The notes: generated by a model from the sequence alone, not told the origin. A DNA stretch of 64,000 nucleotides from Desulfobacteraceae bacterium Eth-SRB1 (GCA_004193555.1 RPGP01000040.1:65127-129126); one strand, 5' to 3'; counted from the first letter of the stretch, positions 16,292 to 25,233 are shown. Translations and numbers: made by a program.

Positions 16292-17023
16292 TTATGAAAA
16301 GGAGATGGTTATCGAAACCATTAAAAAAAGCATTGATTCAATAACTTCGGTCATCGCTCCTAACATGTCGCCTGTAATGCACGCGATCCTTTTTTTGTAA
16401 TAAAGCAGGATAACCGCTGTTATGATGATGAAACTCAGGTTTAACAGGACTCCTCTCCATCCTAAAAAAAAGGAAAGGGCCACAGGTATCAGCAATCCCC
16501 AAAATGCGCTGATTTTTAATGGAGCGCTAAAAAGATCATGGCCGGTTCCGCCTTCAGGCCTGCCGTACTTAAGAAACTTTATGCCGAATAAAATACTTCC
16601 CCTTGCGTAAGCAGGAATAATAACAAGCAACAGGCTCCTGTGAACATCCAGACTCGCGATGCCTCCCCATTTGATCGCCAATATACAAATAACGGCTACA
16701 AGCCCCATCACGCCGATTCTGCTGTCCTTCATGATGACAAGAGCATCTTCTCTGGGCCTGTGCCCGAGAAGGCCGTCTGCTGTGTCTGCCAGACCGTCGA
16801 GATGAAATGCGCCGGTAATGATTGCAAGAAATATCACATCAAGCGCTGAAGCAACAGGCTTTGACCATAATTGCAGGACTGCGATGTCAAAGGCTGAAAC
16901 AAGCAAGCCGATGATAATACCCACAACCGGGAAAAACTGTATCATCCCTTTGGGCTCAAACGCTCCCGGCTTTCCAGCAGGCAGGATCGTTATAAATTGT
17001 ATTGCCGATATAAAGTTAGTCAT
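16292..17023 (-). CDS. cobS: Adenosylcobinamide-GDP ribazoletransferase (cobalamin synthase)
   Basis: MTNFISAIQFITILPAG..., polytopic, HLDGLADTADG motif. The internal ATG (17023) removes the overlap with the upstream gene. Confidence 0.85.
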   Translation of the reverse strand: MTNFISAIQFITILPAGKPGAFEPKGMIQFFPVVGIIIGLLVSAFDIAVLQLWSKPVASALDVIFLAIITGAFHLDGLADTADGLLGHRPREDALVIMKDSRIGVMGLVAVICILAIKWGGIASLDVHRSLLLVIIPAYARGSILFGIKFLKYGRPEGGTGHDLFSAPLKISAFWGLLIPVALSFFLGWRGVLLNLSFIIITAVILLYYKKRIACITGDMLGAMTEVIESMLFLMVSITISFS

Positions 17024-17816
17024 GTCTGTTGTACTTTCGCGGAACCAGAGTAACGCGCGGGAACCCGCCAATAGGGCTTTGATCCACTAACAGCGTGCAA
17101 TTATAAACCTGTTCCAGCGCCTGAAAAGTCAGCACACTGTCTGGCTGACCCAGCTCAACAATTTCTCCGGCTTTGAGCAGGAGAAGTCGATCCGAATACA
17201 TTGCCGCAAGATTTACATCGTGTGATACCACAATAACGGTAAATCCTATTTCTTCTTTCAGCTTTTCCATCAAATCCATTACTTTTACCTGGTGCGCAAG
17301 ATCCAGTGAAGCGGTCGGTTCATCAAGAAGTATGATTTTCGGTTCCTGGCATATAGCCCTGGCGATAAAAACACGCTGGCGCTCGCCTCCGCTCAACCGG
17401 TCTAATGGTCTATGCGCAAGATGTTCAACCCCGGTAAGGGTCATTGCATTTTGGGCAATTTCCAGATCCTTTTCCTGCTCAAATCCAAGCGTACTTAGAT
17501 GAGGAGAACGCCCCATCAGAACAAGCTCTGTGACAGTAAACGGAAAATCAATCAGCGTCATCTGCGGAACAAGGGCAATTGTTTTTGCCAGATCCTTTCG
17601 GGTATAGTTTTTTAAAGGGCAATCAAATATTTTCAGTTTGCCCTGTTTTGGCTTCAAAAGTCCCGCAATTATTTTCATCAAGGTTGTCTTGCCTGACCCG
17701 TTTGGGCCGATTATGATAAAAAATTCGCCTTCAGAAATCGAAAAACAAATGTTTTTCAAAACCTCATTGTCGGTGTATGAAAAACTTAAATTTTTTATCT
17801 CAACCGCTTTTTTCAT
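17016..17816 (-). CDS. ABC transporter ATP-binding protein (BtuD/FepC type)
   Basis: Walker A GPNGSGKTT, signature LSGGERQR, Walker B ILLDEPT. Confidence 0.9.
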   Translation of the reverse strand: MKKAVEIKNLSFSYTDNEVLKNICFSISEGEFFIIIGPNGSGKTTLMKIIAGLLKPKQGKLKIFDCPLKNYTRKDLAKTIALVPQMTLIDFPFTVTELVLMGRSPHLSTLGFEQEKDLEIAQNAMTLTGVEHLAHRPLDRLSGGERQRVFIARAICQEPKIILLDEPTASLDLAHQVKVMDLMEKLKEEIGFTVIVVSHDVNLAAMYSDRLLLLKAGEIVELGQPDSVLTFQALEQVYNCTLLVDQSPIGGFPRVTLVPRKYNRHD

Positions 17817-18823
17817 CGCTTTGATCTTTTTAAAAGATAAATAAACAACGGCGCTCCGATCATGGCTGTTATCACACCGGCAGGCATCTCCCCATGTTGA
17901 GGAAGAGTCCTTGCCAGCAGATCACATATAACCATATACGCCCCGCCGCCCAGAATGCAGGCCGGAACAAGGACACGATGATCAGGGCCGAGGATAAGCC
18001 GCAAAAGATGCGGCATAACCAGGCCGACAAAACCTATCAGACCGCAATGACATACGGTTGAGCTAACCATAAATGATGTTGTTACAAGAAGGATCGTGGT
18101 TACTCTCTTTATGTTTACGCCCATGGTCTGGGCCATTTCATTCCCCATGAGGAGAAGATTCATAGAGTGTGAATACCGGAAAAGAATTATAAAACATGGC
18201 AAAAGTGTTGCCGCGAGTATTCCGACTTGACCGATATCACTCATGGAAAGATCTCCCATGAGCCAGAAAATAATATTATGAAGCCTGGAATCCTGCGTCA
18301 TGGAAACAAGAAACATTATGATAGCGCCGCAGAATGCATTTACCATTACACCGGAAAGAAGCAGTGTATTTTTTTTAAGAACAGATTGTCCTGATGACAT
18401 TATAAGAAGCAAAAGCAGCGTGGCAATACTTCCAAGAAAGGCGGTAAAGCTGACTCCGGGAAAACGGGACAACCCTGCTAATATGCCGATAATGGCGCCA
18501 ATAGCAGAGCCGCCTGAAATACCAAGAATATACGGTTCTGCAAGCGGGTTTCGAAGAAGCGCCTGAAAAACAAGACCTCCGAGGGAAAGGGTTGCTCCGA
18601 CCAGGGCTGCGAGAAGTACACGGGGGAAACGAATTTGCCAGACAATAGTACCCAGCATCGAGCCTGTCTCTCCTTCTCCGAACAGAGATTGCAATATCGC
18701 CCTTACCCCGCTTCCTGTCGACCCCATGGAAATTCCAACAAGCATGGTCATTAAAAGGAGAAGTAAAAACAGGGAAGAAACCCACGCGATACGTTTCAGG
18801 ACAAATGGAGTTTTAAGATTCAC
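17813..18823 (-). CDS. FecCD/BtuC-family ABC permease
   Basis: 336-aa, roughly 10-TM protein typical of cobalamin/siderophore permeases. 4-nt overlaps with both neighbours. Confidence 0.9.
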   Translation of the reverse strand: MNLKTPFVLKRIAWVSSLFLLLLLMTMLVGISMGSTGSGVRAILQSLFGEGETGSMLGTIVWQIRFPRVLLAALVGATLSLGGLVFQALLRNPLAEPYILGISGGSAIGAIIGILAGLSRFPGVSFTAFLGSIATLLLLLIMSSGQSVLKKNTLLLSGVMVNAFCGAIIMFLVSMTQDSRLHNIIFWLMGDLSMSDIGQVGILAATLLPCFIILFRYSHSMNLLLMGNEMAQTMGVNIKRVTTILLVTTSFMVSSTVCHCGLIGFVGLVMPHLLRLILGPDHRVLVPACILGGGAYMVICDLLARTLPQHGEMPAGVITAMIGAPLFIYLLKRSKR

Positions 18824-19740
18824 TGTTCGTCCTTAAACAGTTCCGGCTCAAACAGTTCCGGATGTATCAGCCTGACAAGAAGTTCAAGGCCGTCTAAAAG
18901 GCGGGAAGTGGGACGGTCAAAAAGGCTTGAATCCACCAGAAAAATTCGCTGGTTTCGAATAGCGGGAATGTCTGTCCAGCAGCTCCACTCCTTTTTCACA
19001 CGCTCAACCACTTCGCCCCTTGCCATGGAACTGATGATAAAAACCTCAGGAGAAAGGGCCAGAACCTGCTCCCGGCTAAACCTTGGATATGAAGTAGATC
19101 CTTGCGCGAGATTCTCCCCTCCGGCTAACAAAATAAGTTCATGAATAAATGTATTCGACCCTGTTGAAACAATGGGAAAAATCCCGACCTGATAAAAAAC
19201 CCGCGGCCTGTTTGGGGCTTTTGCCACCAGAAACCTCACCCGCTGAATCCGGAAACGCATGTTTTGCACCAGGCTTTTCGCCTTGTTGCCGGCATTCAGG
19301 AGAGCGCCGATCTCAACAACTGTTTTCATAACAGAATCAAGACACCTGGGATCCACTACATATACAGGTATTTGAAGAGACTCCAGCCTTTCAACAACCG
19401 TCCTTGGGTTGCCATCCTTTGTAGCGAGACAAAGATCCGGTTTTAATGCAATTATCCTTTCCAGATCGAGCTGCACGTATGAACCAACTCTTGGAAGCTT
19501 TGCAGCCTCAGGAGGAAAATCGCTGAACCTCGTTACACCCGCCAAACGGTGTTCCTGCCCCAGTTCATAGATGATTTCCGTGATACTCGGCGCAAGAGAT
19601 ACAATCCGCTGAGGATTATCAGACAGGGTAACGGATCGTCCCAGTTGATCTGTAGTCTTTCTAACAACAGATTGCGCATCGGCAGAAAAGGAAAGAAATA
19701 TGACTGCCGGCAAAATAATTGCCAGCCACTTGTATTTCAT
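18820..19740 (-). CDS. Periplasmic substrate-binding protein (BtuF/FhuD fold)
   Basis: Signal peptide MKYKWLAIILPAVIFLSFSADA from ATG 19740. Class-8 binding-protein body (IVSLAPSITEI...DLERIIALKPDL). Confidence 0.85.
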   Translation of the reverse strand: MKYKWLAIILPAVIFLSFSADAQSVVRKTTDQLGRSVTLSDNPQRIVSLAPSITEIIYELGQEHRLAGVTRFSDFPPEAAKLPRVGSYVQLDLERIIALKPDLCLATKDGNPRTVVERLESLQIPVYVVDPRCLDSVMKTVVEIGALLNAGNKAKSLVQNMRFRIQRVRFLVAKAPNRPRVFYQVGIFPIVSTGSNTFIHELILLAGGENLAQGSTSYPRFSREQVLALSPEVFIISSMARGEVVERVKKEWSCWTDIPAIRNQRIFLVDSSLFDRPTSRLLDGLELLVRLIHPELFEPELFKDEQ

Positions 19741-19780
19741 AATTATCTCATAACAGTTCACAGGTTGCATTTATGCCATA

Positions 19781-19812
19781 TTCGATATTGGACGTTCGAT
19801 GTTCATTTTTTT
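19781..19812 (+). repeat. TTCGATG/TTGGACG-word element (short copy)
   Basis: TTCGATATTGGACGTTCGATGTTCATTTTTTT, between the lipoprotein gene and btuF. Confidence 0.85.
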
Positions 19813-19829
19813 CACCGGGCAAAAACAAC

Positions 19830-20042
19830 TTAGCGCTTATGCACCTCTATACCCCACCATCCCTGTTCCTGTGTTTTTTTGCATGATTCATCCGATGGGT
19901 TTTTATATCCATAATAACTGAACTTGAAATGATCCCAATTTTTATACATTGTGTCATGCTCCCATAATTCAGATTCTTTTGCCAATGTCCCGCAACCTGA
20001 AAGAAACAGACCAACTAACAGCAATAAAAGCATCTTCTTCAT
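19830..20042 (-). CDS. Small lipoprotein, unknown function
   Basis: ATG 20042 with AGGAGG upstream. Lipobox MKKMLLLLLVGLFLSGC. 70 aa, Trp/Tyr-rich. Confidence 0.6.
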   Translation of the reverse strand: MKKMLLLLLVGLFLSGCGTLAKESELWEHDTMYKNWDHFKFSYYGYKNPSDESCKKTQEQGWWGIEVHKR

Positions 20043-20097
20043 AACGTCATAGCCTCCTGTTTTGCATTTAACCAATTAATACAATTAGAGCCAATCT

Positions 20098-20134
20098 CAA
20101 AACGCCCCCTTTTGTCCAATCTCTGCGTCAGCTC
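20098..20134 (-). promoter_or_regulatory. Conserved 37-nt leader motif, copy 1 (upstream of lipoprotein gene)
   Basis: Minus strand GAGCTGACGCAGAGATTGGACAAAAGGGGGCGTTTTG. 34 of 37 positions match copy 2. Confidence 0.5.
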
Positions 20135-20261
20135 TACTGAAAACATTGCCGGGAGTTTATTAAAATAAATATCCATAGACACCTCATGAAATTTTATATA
20201 GAATAATTAGTATTAAATCTATAGTTGCTTTACTGTTTTGTCAAATAATAGTAACGGCTTC

Positions 20262-20279
20262 GTAAAAAGCGCTTTTTAC
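20262..20279. repeat. TAAAAAGT hairpin, minimal perfect palindrome
   Basis: GTAAAAAGC|GCTTTTTAC. Confidence 0.8.
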
Positions 20280-20306
20280 AAAACCAATAAATGTTGAGTG
20301 ATCAAA

Positions 20307-21563
20307 ATGCCTGATGTTAACCATAAATTCTTATCTCTACTGCTGTTATTAAGTCTTATGCTTTCCTGGCAAACAAAAAATTTACATGCTGAAAAATTTT
20401 GTGGTAACGACAGTCACCAGGCCAGACACTCCACCAGCAAAGCGTTTCTCAACCTGCAGAACAATATCGGACATGACGATGCTGTGTTGGTTACAGACCA
20501 TCAAGGCAGAATAATATTCTCCAAAAATGCTGAAAAACCGCTGATCCCTGCTTCTATTCTAAAAATACTGACGTCTCTTGTGGCGTTACATTATCTCGGC
20601 CCTGATTACAGATTCACAACTGAATTCTATATGGATGCAAAGACAAATCTTAAAATAAAGGGCTATGGTGATCCGCTTTTGACATCAGAAAGTTTATCGG
20701 AAATATCTAAAGCTATAAGCCATTCTATCGGTGGACTAAAAATCAACGATCTTGTTTTAGATAACTCATATTTCATAAAAAAGATAATAGTTCCCGGAAA
20801 AACAGAATCATTGGAGCCATATGATGCGCCAAATGGAGCCCTGTGTGTCAATTTCAACACTGTTTATTTCAAACGGATTAAAGACGGCTCCTTTATCAGC
20901 GCCGAATCCCAGACACCTCTTTTGCCGATGGCTTTAAAAAGTATTAAACAGGCCGGTCTCGACAAAGGAAGAATAGTGTTTACTCATGCTGAAAACAAAA
21001 TGACACTTTATGCCGGGCATCTTTTTCATTTTTTTTTAGACAAGGAAGGAATTAAAATAAAAGGAAGGATAAGAACTGGAAAGATTCGGAAAGACAAACT
21101 AATTTATCGCTATACTTCACGATTTACTTTAAAACAAATAATATCAAAACTACTTGAGCATTCAAATAATTTTATGGCGAACCAGATCCTCATTGCAACC
21201 GGAGCAAAGGTTTTCGGTCATCCCGGAACGCTGGACAAAGGCGTCCTCGCAGCCTTAACCTACGCAAAGAACGTGCTTAATATAGACAACATCCGCTTTG
21301 TTGAAGGCTCGGGGATATCCAGAGAAAACAGGATATCCGTTAACAACCTGTATAAAATCATAGAAGAATTCGAGCCATATCGCAATATAATGCGTCATTC
21401 AAACAGTGAATATTTCAAGACAGGAACATTAAGGGGCATAAATACAAGGACAGGCTATATCGAAAATAAAAAAGGGGAATTATATCGTTTTGTAGTAATT
21501 CTAAACTCGCCGGGCAAATCAATGCAAAATATCATGAAGAATGTTCGCGGGATTGTTGATTAA
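20307..21563 (+). CDS. dacB: D-alanyl-D-alanine carboxypeptidase/endopeptidase (PBP4, S13 family)
   Basis: SxxK (ASILK), SxN (HSNN) and KTG (FKTGTL) motifs. N-terminal signal peptide. Confidence 0.8.
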   Translation: MPDVNHKFLSLLLLLSLMLSWQTKNLHAEKFCGNDSHQARHSTSKAFLNLQNNIGHDDAVLVTDHQGRIIFSKNAEKPLIPASILKILTSLVALHYLGPDYRFTTEFYMDAKTNLKIKGYGDPLLTSESLSEISKAISHSIGGLKINDLVLDNSYFIKKIIVPGKTESLEPYDAPNGALCVNFNTVYFKRIKDGSFISAESQTPLLPMALKSIKQAGLDKGRIVFTHAENKMTLYAGHLFHFFLDKEGIKIKGRIRTGKIRKDKLIYRYTSRFTLKQIISKLLEHSNNFMANQILIATGAKVFGHPGTLDKGVLAALTYAKNVLNIDNIRFVEGSGISRENRISVNNLYKIIEEFEPYRNIMRHSNSEYFKTGTLRGINTRTGYIENKKGELYRFVVILNSPGKSMQNIMKNVRGIVD

Positions 21564-21585
21564 AAACGTGCGGTTGCCCTAACAC

Positions 21586-22362
21586 TTAACACTTTTTACT
21601 TGTAATAAAGGCATAGGCATTATGGTTGTGGATCGACTCAAAGTTTTCAGCGCTTACAGAAAACCAGGTAACATTTTCGTCTTTTTTCAGCTTTTCAGCA
21701 ACATCCCGAACAATGTCCTCAACAAACTTAGGGTTTGAAAACCCATGTTCAGTTACATACTTCTCATCAACACGTTTTAATACAGAATATACTTCACATG
21801 ATGCAGACTTTTCCACCAGATCGATCATATCTTCTATCCATATAAATTTCTTGAATCTTGTGCTGAGCCTGACCTCCCCTCGCTGGTTATGTGCGCCTTC
21901 TTTGCTGATTTCCTTGGAGCAGGGACATACAGAAGAAACAGGAACTATCACTTCCGATATCAGGTCGAGTCTGCCGTCAGGACCGCTCGATCCGATGATC
22001 CTGCACGTATAGTCCATGAGTCCGGGAGAATCACTTACAGGAGCGTTTTTTTCGATAAAGTAAGGAAAAGTAATCTCAATATGCGCTGAAGCCGCATTTA
22101 AATGCTCCTTCATCTGCTCAAGAATATCTGCAATTTTTTTTAAAGAAACTTCAGGTCGAAACAAATGGAGCAGTTCAACAAAACGGCTCATGTGCGTGCC
22201 TTTGTATCTCTCAGGCAAATCAACATACATGTTTATTGAAGCGATAGTATGCTGAAAACCGTTCTTCCGGTCAAGAACAGTAATGGGATATCGAAGATCT
22301 TTTATTCCCACCTTGTCAACAGGTATATTGCGAAAATCGCGTTTGTTTTGGATATCTTTCAT
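21586..22362 (-). CDS. folE2: GTP cyclohydrolase FolE2/MptA family
   Basis: 258 aa. YKGTHMSRF and VCPCSKEIS..GAHNQR motifs. Confidence 0.85.
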   Translation of the reverse strand: MKDIQNKRDFRNIPVDKVGIKDLRYPITVLDRKNGFQHTIASINMYVDLPERYKGTHMSRFVELLHLFRPEVSLKKIADILEQMKEHLNAASAHIEITFPYFIEKNAPVSDSPGLMDYTCRIIGSSGPDGRLDLISEVIVPVSSVCPCSKEISKEGAHNQRGEVRLSTRFKKFIWIEDMIDLVEKSASCEVYSVLKRVDEKYVTEHGFSNPKFVEDIVRDVAEKLKKDENVTWFSVSAENFESIHNHNAYAFITSKKC

Positions 22363-22364
22363 TT

Positions 22365-22393
22365 AGGTGTTAGGTGTTAGGTGTTAGGTGTTG
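22365..22393. repeat. (GGTGTTA)4 array forming the whole ttcA-folE2 intergenic spacer
   Basis: AGGTGTTAGGTGTTAGGTGTTAGGTGTTG. The minus-strand mRNA reads (ACACCUA)4 directly before the folE2 AUG. Confidence 0.9.
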
Positions 22394-22395
22394 CT

Positions 22396-23127
22396 CTACT
22401 TCAATAAATAGTCTGTATTCACATTGCTCATAGCTCTGAAAATATTTCCTTTTATCTTTTTATTGCTGCTGTATAGCTGCCCTAAAAGATTTTTTATTTC
22501 TTCTCGTTTCGATACTTTTGCCGAAGGGCATGGATTGACAAAGGCTGGAAATCTCTTTTCACCGGCAAAACGGCTTATGATATTCTCATCCGCAAATGCA
22601 AGGGGTCTTATTACTGTGAGCTTTCCCTGGAAAAAAGACTGGGAGGGAACCATAGTGCTAATCTCACCTGCATAACACATATTCAAAAACAGTGTCTCAA
22701 TGATGTCATCTTTGTTATGCCCCAGCGCCAGTTTGTTGCATCCAAGTCCATCCGCTATTTCAAAAAGCCGCTTTCTGCGCAATCTGGAACATAAAAAACA
22801 GGGATTTTCACGATTTTCTGAGCTATGCGATATAATCCCATAATCTGTATGCTCGACAATTAGTTTAAACCTGTTTTGAGTGCAATAGGTTTTAAGTGGT
22901 TCAGTGAATCCCATCTCAAACCCGGGATCAATGTAAATAGCAAACAGTTCATAATTTATTGGAACACGAGATTGACGCTCCTTTAAAATCCACATCAGCG
23001 CAAGGCTGTCTTTCCCTCCTGAAAGCCCCACTGCTATGCGATCCTTGTCAGATATCATCTCATACCGGTGCATGGCTTTGCCTACAGCCCTGTTTAATGT
23101 TTTATATACATAGTTCTGCTTTGCCAA
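22396..23127 (-). CDS. ttcA: tRNA 2-thiocytidine biosynthesis protein TtcA
   Basis: PP-loop SGGKDS. CxxC pairs (NPCFLCSRLRR; NPCPSA). TTG start. Confidence 0.85.
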   Translation of the reverse strand: MAKQNYVYKTLNRAVGKAMHRYEMISDKDRIAVGLSGGKDSLALMWILKERQSRVPINYELFAIYIDPGFEMGFTEPLKTYCTQNRFKLIVEHTDYGIISHSSENRENPCFLCSRLRRKRLFEIADGLGCNKLALGHNKDDIIETLFLNMCYAGEISTMVPSQSFFQGKLTVIRPLAFADENIISRFAGEKRFPAFVNPCPSAKVSKREEIKNLLGQLYSSNKKIKGNIFRAMSNVNTDYLLK

Positions 23128-23136
23128 AAAATTAAA

Positions 23137-23385
23137 CTAATCCTTCTCTTCCTTCTCTTCCTTCTCTTCCTTCTCTTGTTTCTCTTGTTTCTCTTGTTTT
23201 CTTTGTAAAACTATTTTGCCTGCTGCAATTTCCCGCAAAGTAACAACAATATCTTCATTTTTGGGCGAGCTCACAAGATACTCGGAACCGTCACGGATCT
23301 GTCTCACACGTTTTGCAGCCATGTTGCATAATAAGAAACGGTTTGGCGCTTTTTCCAGACAATCTTCTATCGTAATGCGTGCCAC
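23137..23385 (-). CDS. rpoZ: DNA-directed RNA polymerase omega subunit with repetitive acidic/basic tail
   Basis: GTG 23385 with GGAGG 7 nt upstream. ARITIEDCLEKAPNRFLLCNMAAKRVRQI... The C-terminal QEKQEKQEKEEKEEKEEKD is encoded by a 9-nt tandem repeat. The longer ORF-track N-terminus runs into a repeat element. Confidence 0.85.
   Translation of the reverse strand: MARITIEDCLEKAPNRFLLCNMAAKRVRQIRDGSEYLVSSPKNEDIVVTLREIAAGKIVLQRKQEKQEKQEKEEKEEKEEKD
23141..23205 (-). repeat. 9-nt tandem repeat inside the rpoZ 3' end
   Basis: (CCTTCTCTT)4 then (GTTTCTCTT)3 on the plus strand, encoding the (EEK)n(QEK)n tail. Confidence 0.9.
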
Positions 23386-23410
23386 AGTAAAACCTCCATT
23401 TGAAAAGTTA

Positions 23411-23574
23411 TAAGTGCCTAAAATGCCTAAAGTTGTGGTACGCCTTCGGAGTGCTGATTGATAGCTCAAAAATAGAAAGGGTTTGCTCACCTGTGCATTG
23501 ATGACTTATATAAAACAGGCAGAATACCTTAACTTTAGACACTTTAATATACTTTAGCTCATTTTAGGCACTTA
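23411..23574 (+). repeat. GCCTAAAGT-family palindromic element, copy 1 (greA-rpoZ gap)
   Basis: TAAGTGCCTAAAATGCCTAAAGTTGTGGTACGCCTTCGG ... CCTTAACTTTAGACACTTTAATATACTTTAGCTCATTTTAGGCACTTA. Confidence 0.9.
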
Positions 23575-23602
23575 TGTTCGCACCGAAGGTGCGCTAATTT
23601 GA

Positions 23603-24070
23603 TTACAATATCTCCACCAGCTCGTAAAACCTTTTTCCACCAGGAGTCTGAAGCTTGATTTCATCTCCAGGTTTTTTCCCCACAATCGCTCTGCCAAGTG
23701 GTGAGGACACCGATATTCGCCCCTCCTCGACACATGATTCATCAGATCCTACAAGCTGATATTTTACATTCTCTTCATTGTCTATATTTTCAAGCAGAAC
23801 CGTACATCCAAATACAACATAATCCCTGGGAAGTGTATCAGGATCGATGATATCGGCATTGGCAAGCTTATACCCTAATTCACCTATCCGGCCCTCAATA
23901 AATCCCTGCCTGTCCTTTGCCGCCTCAAACTCTGCATTTTCGCTAAGATCTCCATGGGCGCGAGCTTCTTCAATGGCCTTTATATTTTGAGGCCGCTCAA
24001 CCTGTTGGAGATGTTCAAGCTCTTTTTTCAGCCTGTCGTAACCATCTCTTGTAATAGGTATTCTCTCCAT
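23603..24070 (-). CDS. greA: Transcription elongation factor GreA
   Basis: 155 aa. Coiled-coil N-domain (LKKELEHL..ARAHGDLSENAEF) plus C-terminal FKBP-like domain. Confidence 0.95.
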   Translation of the reverse strand: MERIPITRDGYDRLKKELEHLQQVERPQNIKAIEEARAHGDLSENAEFEAAKDRQGFIEGRIGELGYKLANADIIDPDTLPRDYVVFGCTVLLENIDNEENVKYQLVGSDESCVEEGRISVSSPLGRAIVGKKPGDEIKLQTPGGKRFYELVEIL

Positions 24071-24133
24071 TTAAACTCTACTTTCAATCTCTAATAATAT
24101 TTCAGGAAGACGCAAAATTCCTCAATTTTTCCA

Positions 24134-25156
24134 TTACAAATATTTCTCTGCCAGAATTTCCGCTATCTGAACAGTATTAGTTGCAGCTCCCTTTCTGATG
24201 TTGTCAGCTACAACCCACATGTTTATACCGTTTGGAATCGACTCATCATCCCTGATACGACCAACAAATGTCAGATCCTGGCCCGCCGCATCAATAGCAA
24301 GAGGATAAATATTCTTTTTTGGATCATCAACAACTTTAATGCCCGGCTCATTTTCAAGAAGAGACTTAACTTCATCTGCTGAGATATGCTCTCTGGTTTC
24401 AATATTAATCGACTCCGAATGACTGAAATAGACCGGAACACGAACCGTTGTGGCTGTTATTCCCATTGTATAATCTTCCATAATTTTTTTTGTTTCGTCT
24501 ACCATCTTCATCTCTTCTTTTGTATAACCGTTATCCAGAAACACGTCTATATGCGGAAGGCAGTTAAAGGCTATTCTGTGAGGATAGACATTTATCTTAT
24601 AATCAACGAAATTAATCATGGCCCTGGTCTGATCAAAAAGCTCATCGATTGCTTTTTTCCCTGTACCGGAAACCGCCTGATAGGTTGAAACCACTACCCT
24701 TTTTATCCCGCATTTTTTGTGAATAGGATTAAGAGGAACAACCATCTGAATGGTTGAGCAATTCGGATTTGCAATAATCCCCTTGTTTGTATACTGCGCC
24801 ACGGCATGAGGATTCACTTCCGGAACAACCAGCGGAACCTCTGAATCCATCCGCCATGCGCTTGAATTGTCAACAACAACGCACCCGTCTTTTGCCGCAA
24901 AAGGAGCAAACTTTTTACTTGTATCCCCGCCTGCTGAAAAAAGGGCAATATCTACATCTTTGAAAGAATTTTCGGTTAATTCTTCAACCTCCACTAAATC
25001 CCCTCTAAAACGGAGCCTGCGTCCTGCAGATCGGCTTGACGCCAGAAATTTAACTGACTTTACCGGAAAATTTCTCTCCTCAAGACATGTTATCATTTGA
25101 TTCCCGACAGCGCCTGTAGCGCCTGCTACAGCAACATTAAATTTCTTCCCTGACAT
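24134..25156 (-). CDS. asd: Aspartate-semialdehyde dehydrogenase
   Basis: GATGAVG Rossmann motif and active-site NCSTI. Confidence 0.95.
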   Translation of the reverse strand: MSGKKFNVAVAGATGAVGNQMITCLEERNFPVKSVKFLASSRSAGRRLRFRGDLVEVEELTENSFKDVDIALFSAGGDTSKKFAPFAAKDGCVVVDNSSAWRMDSEVPLVVPEVNPHAVAQYTNKGIIANPNCSTIQMVVPLNPIHKKCGIKRVVVSTYQAVSGTGKKAIDELFDQTRAMINFVDYKINVYPHRIAFNCLPHIDVFLDNGYTKEEMKMVDETKKIMEDYTMGITATTVRVPVYFSHSESINIETREHISADEVKSLLENEPGIKVVDDPKKNIYPLAIDAAGQDLTFVGRIRDDESIPNGINMWVVADNIRKGAATNTVQIAEILAEKYL

Positions 25157-25233
25157 AAAACCCCCCTTAAAAATACAACATTGAATTTTTGTAATATTTT
25201 AGCTTTTTGAAAAATATTCGCTACGGCCCTCAA

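Noticed and set aside
19741-20297. Cobalamin riboswitch upstream of the btuF operon.
   Set aside because: I could not find a B12-box or the conserved GCCACTG-type core on the minus strand by eye. This remains open pending a covariance-model scan.
23386-23490. Long N-terminal extension of rpoZ in the ORF track (MSKPFLFLSYQSALRRR...).
   Set aside because: The extension is read from the GCCTAAAGT repeat element. GTG 23385 has a GGAGG RBS and yields the canonical omega N-terminus ARITIEDCLE.
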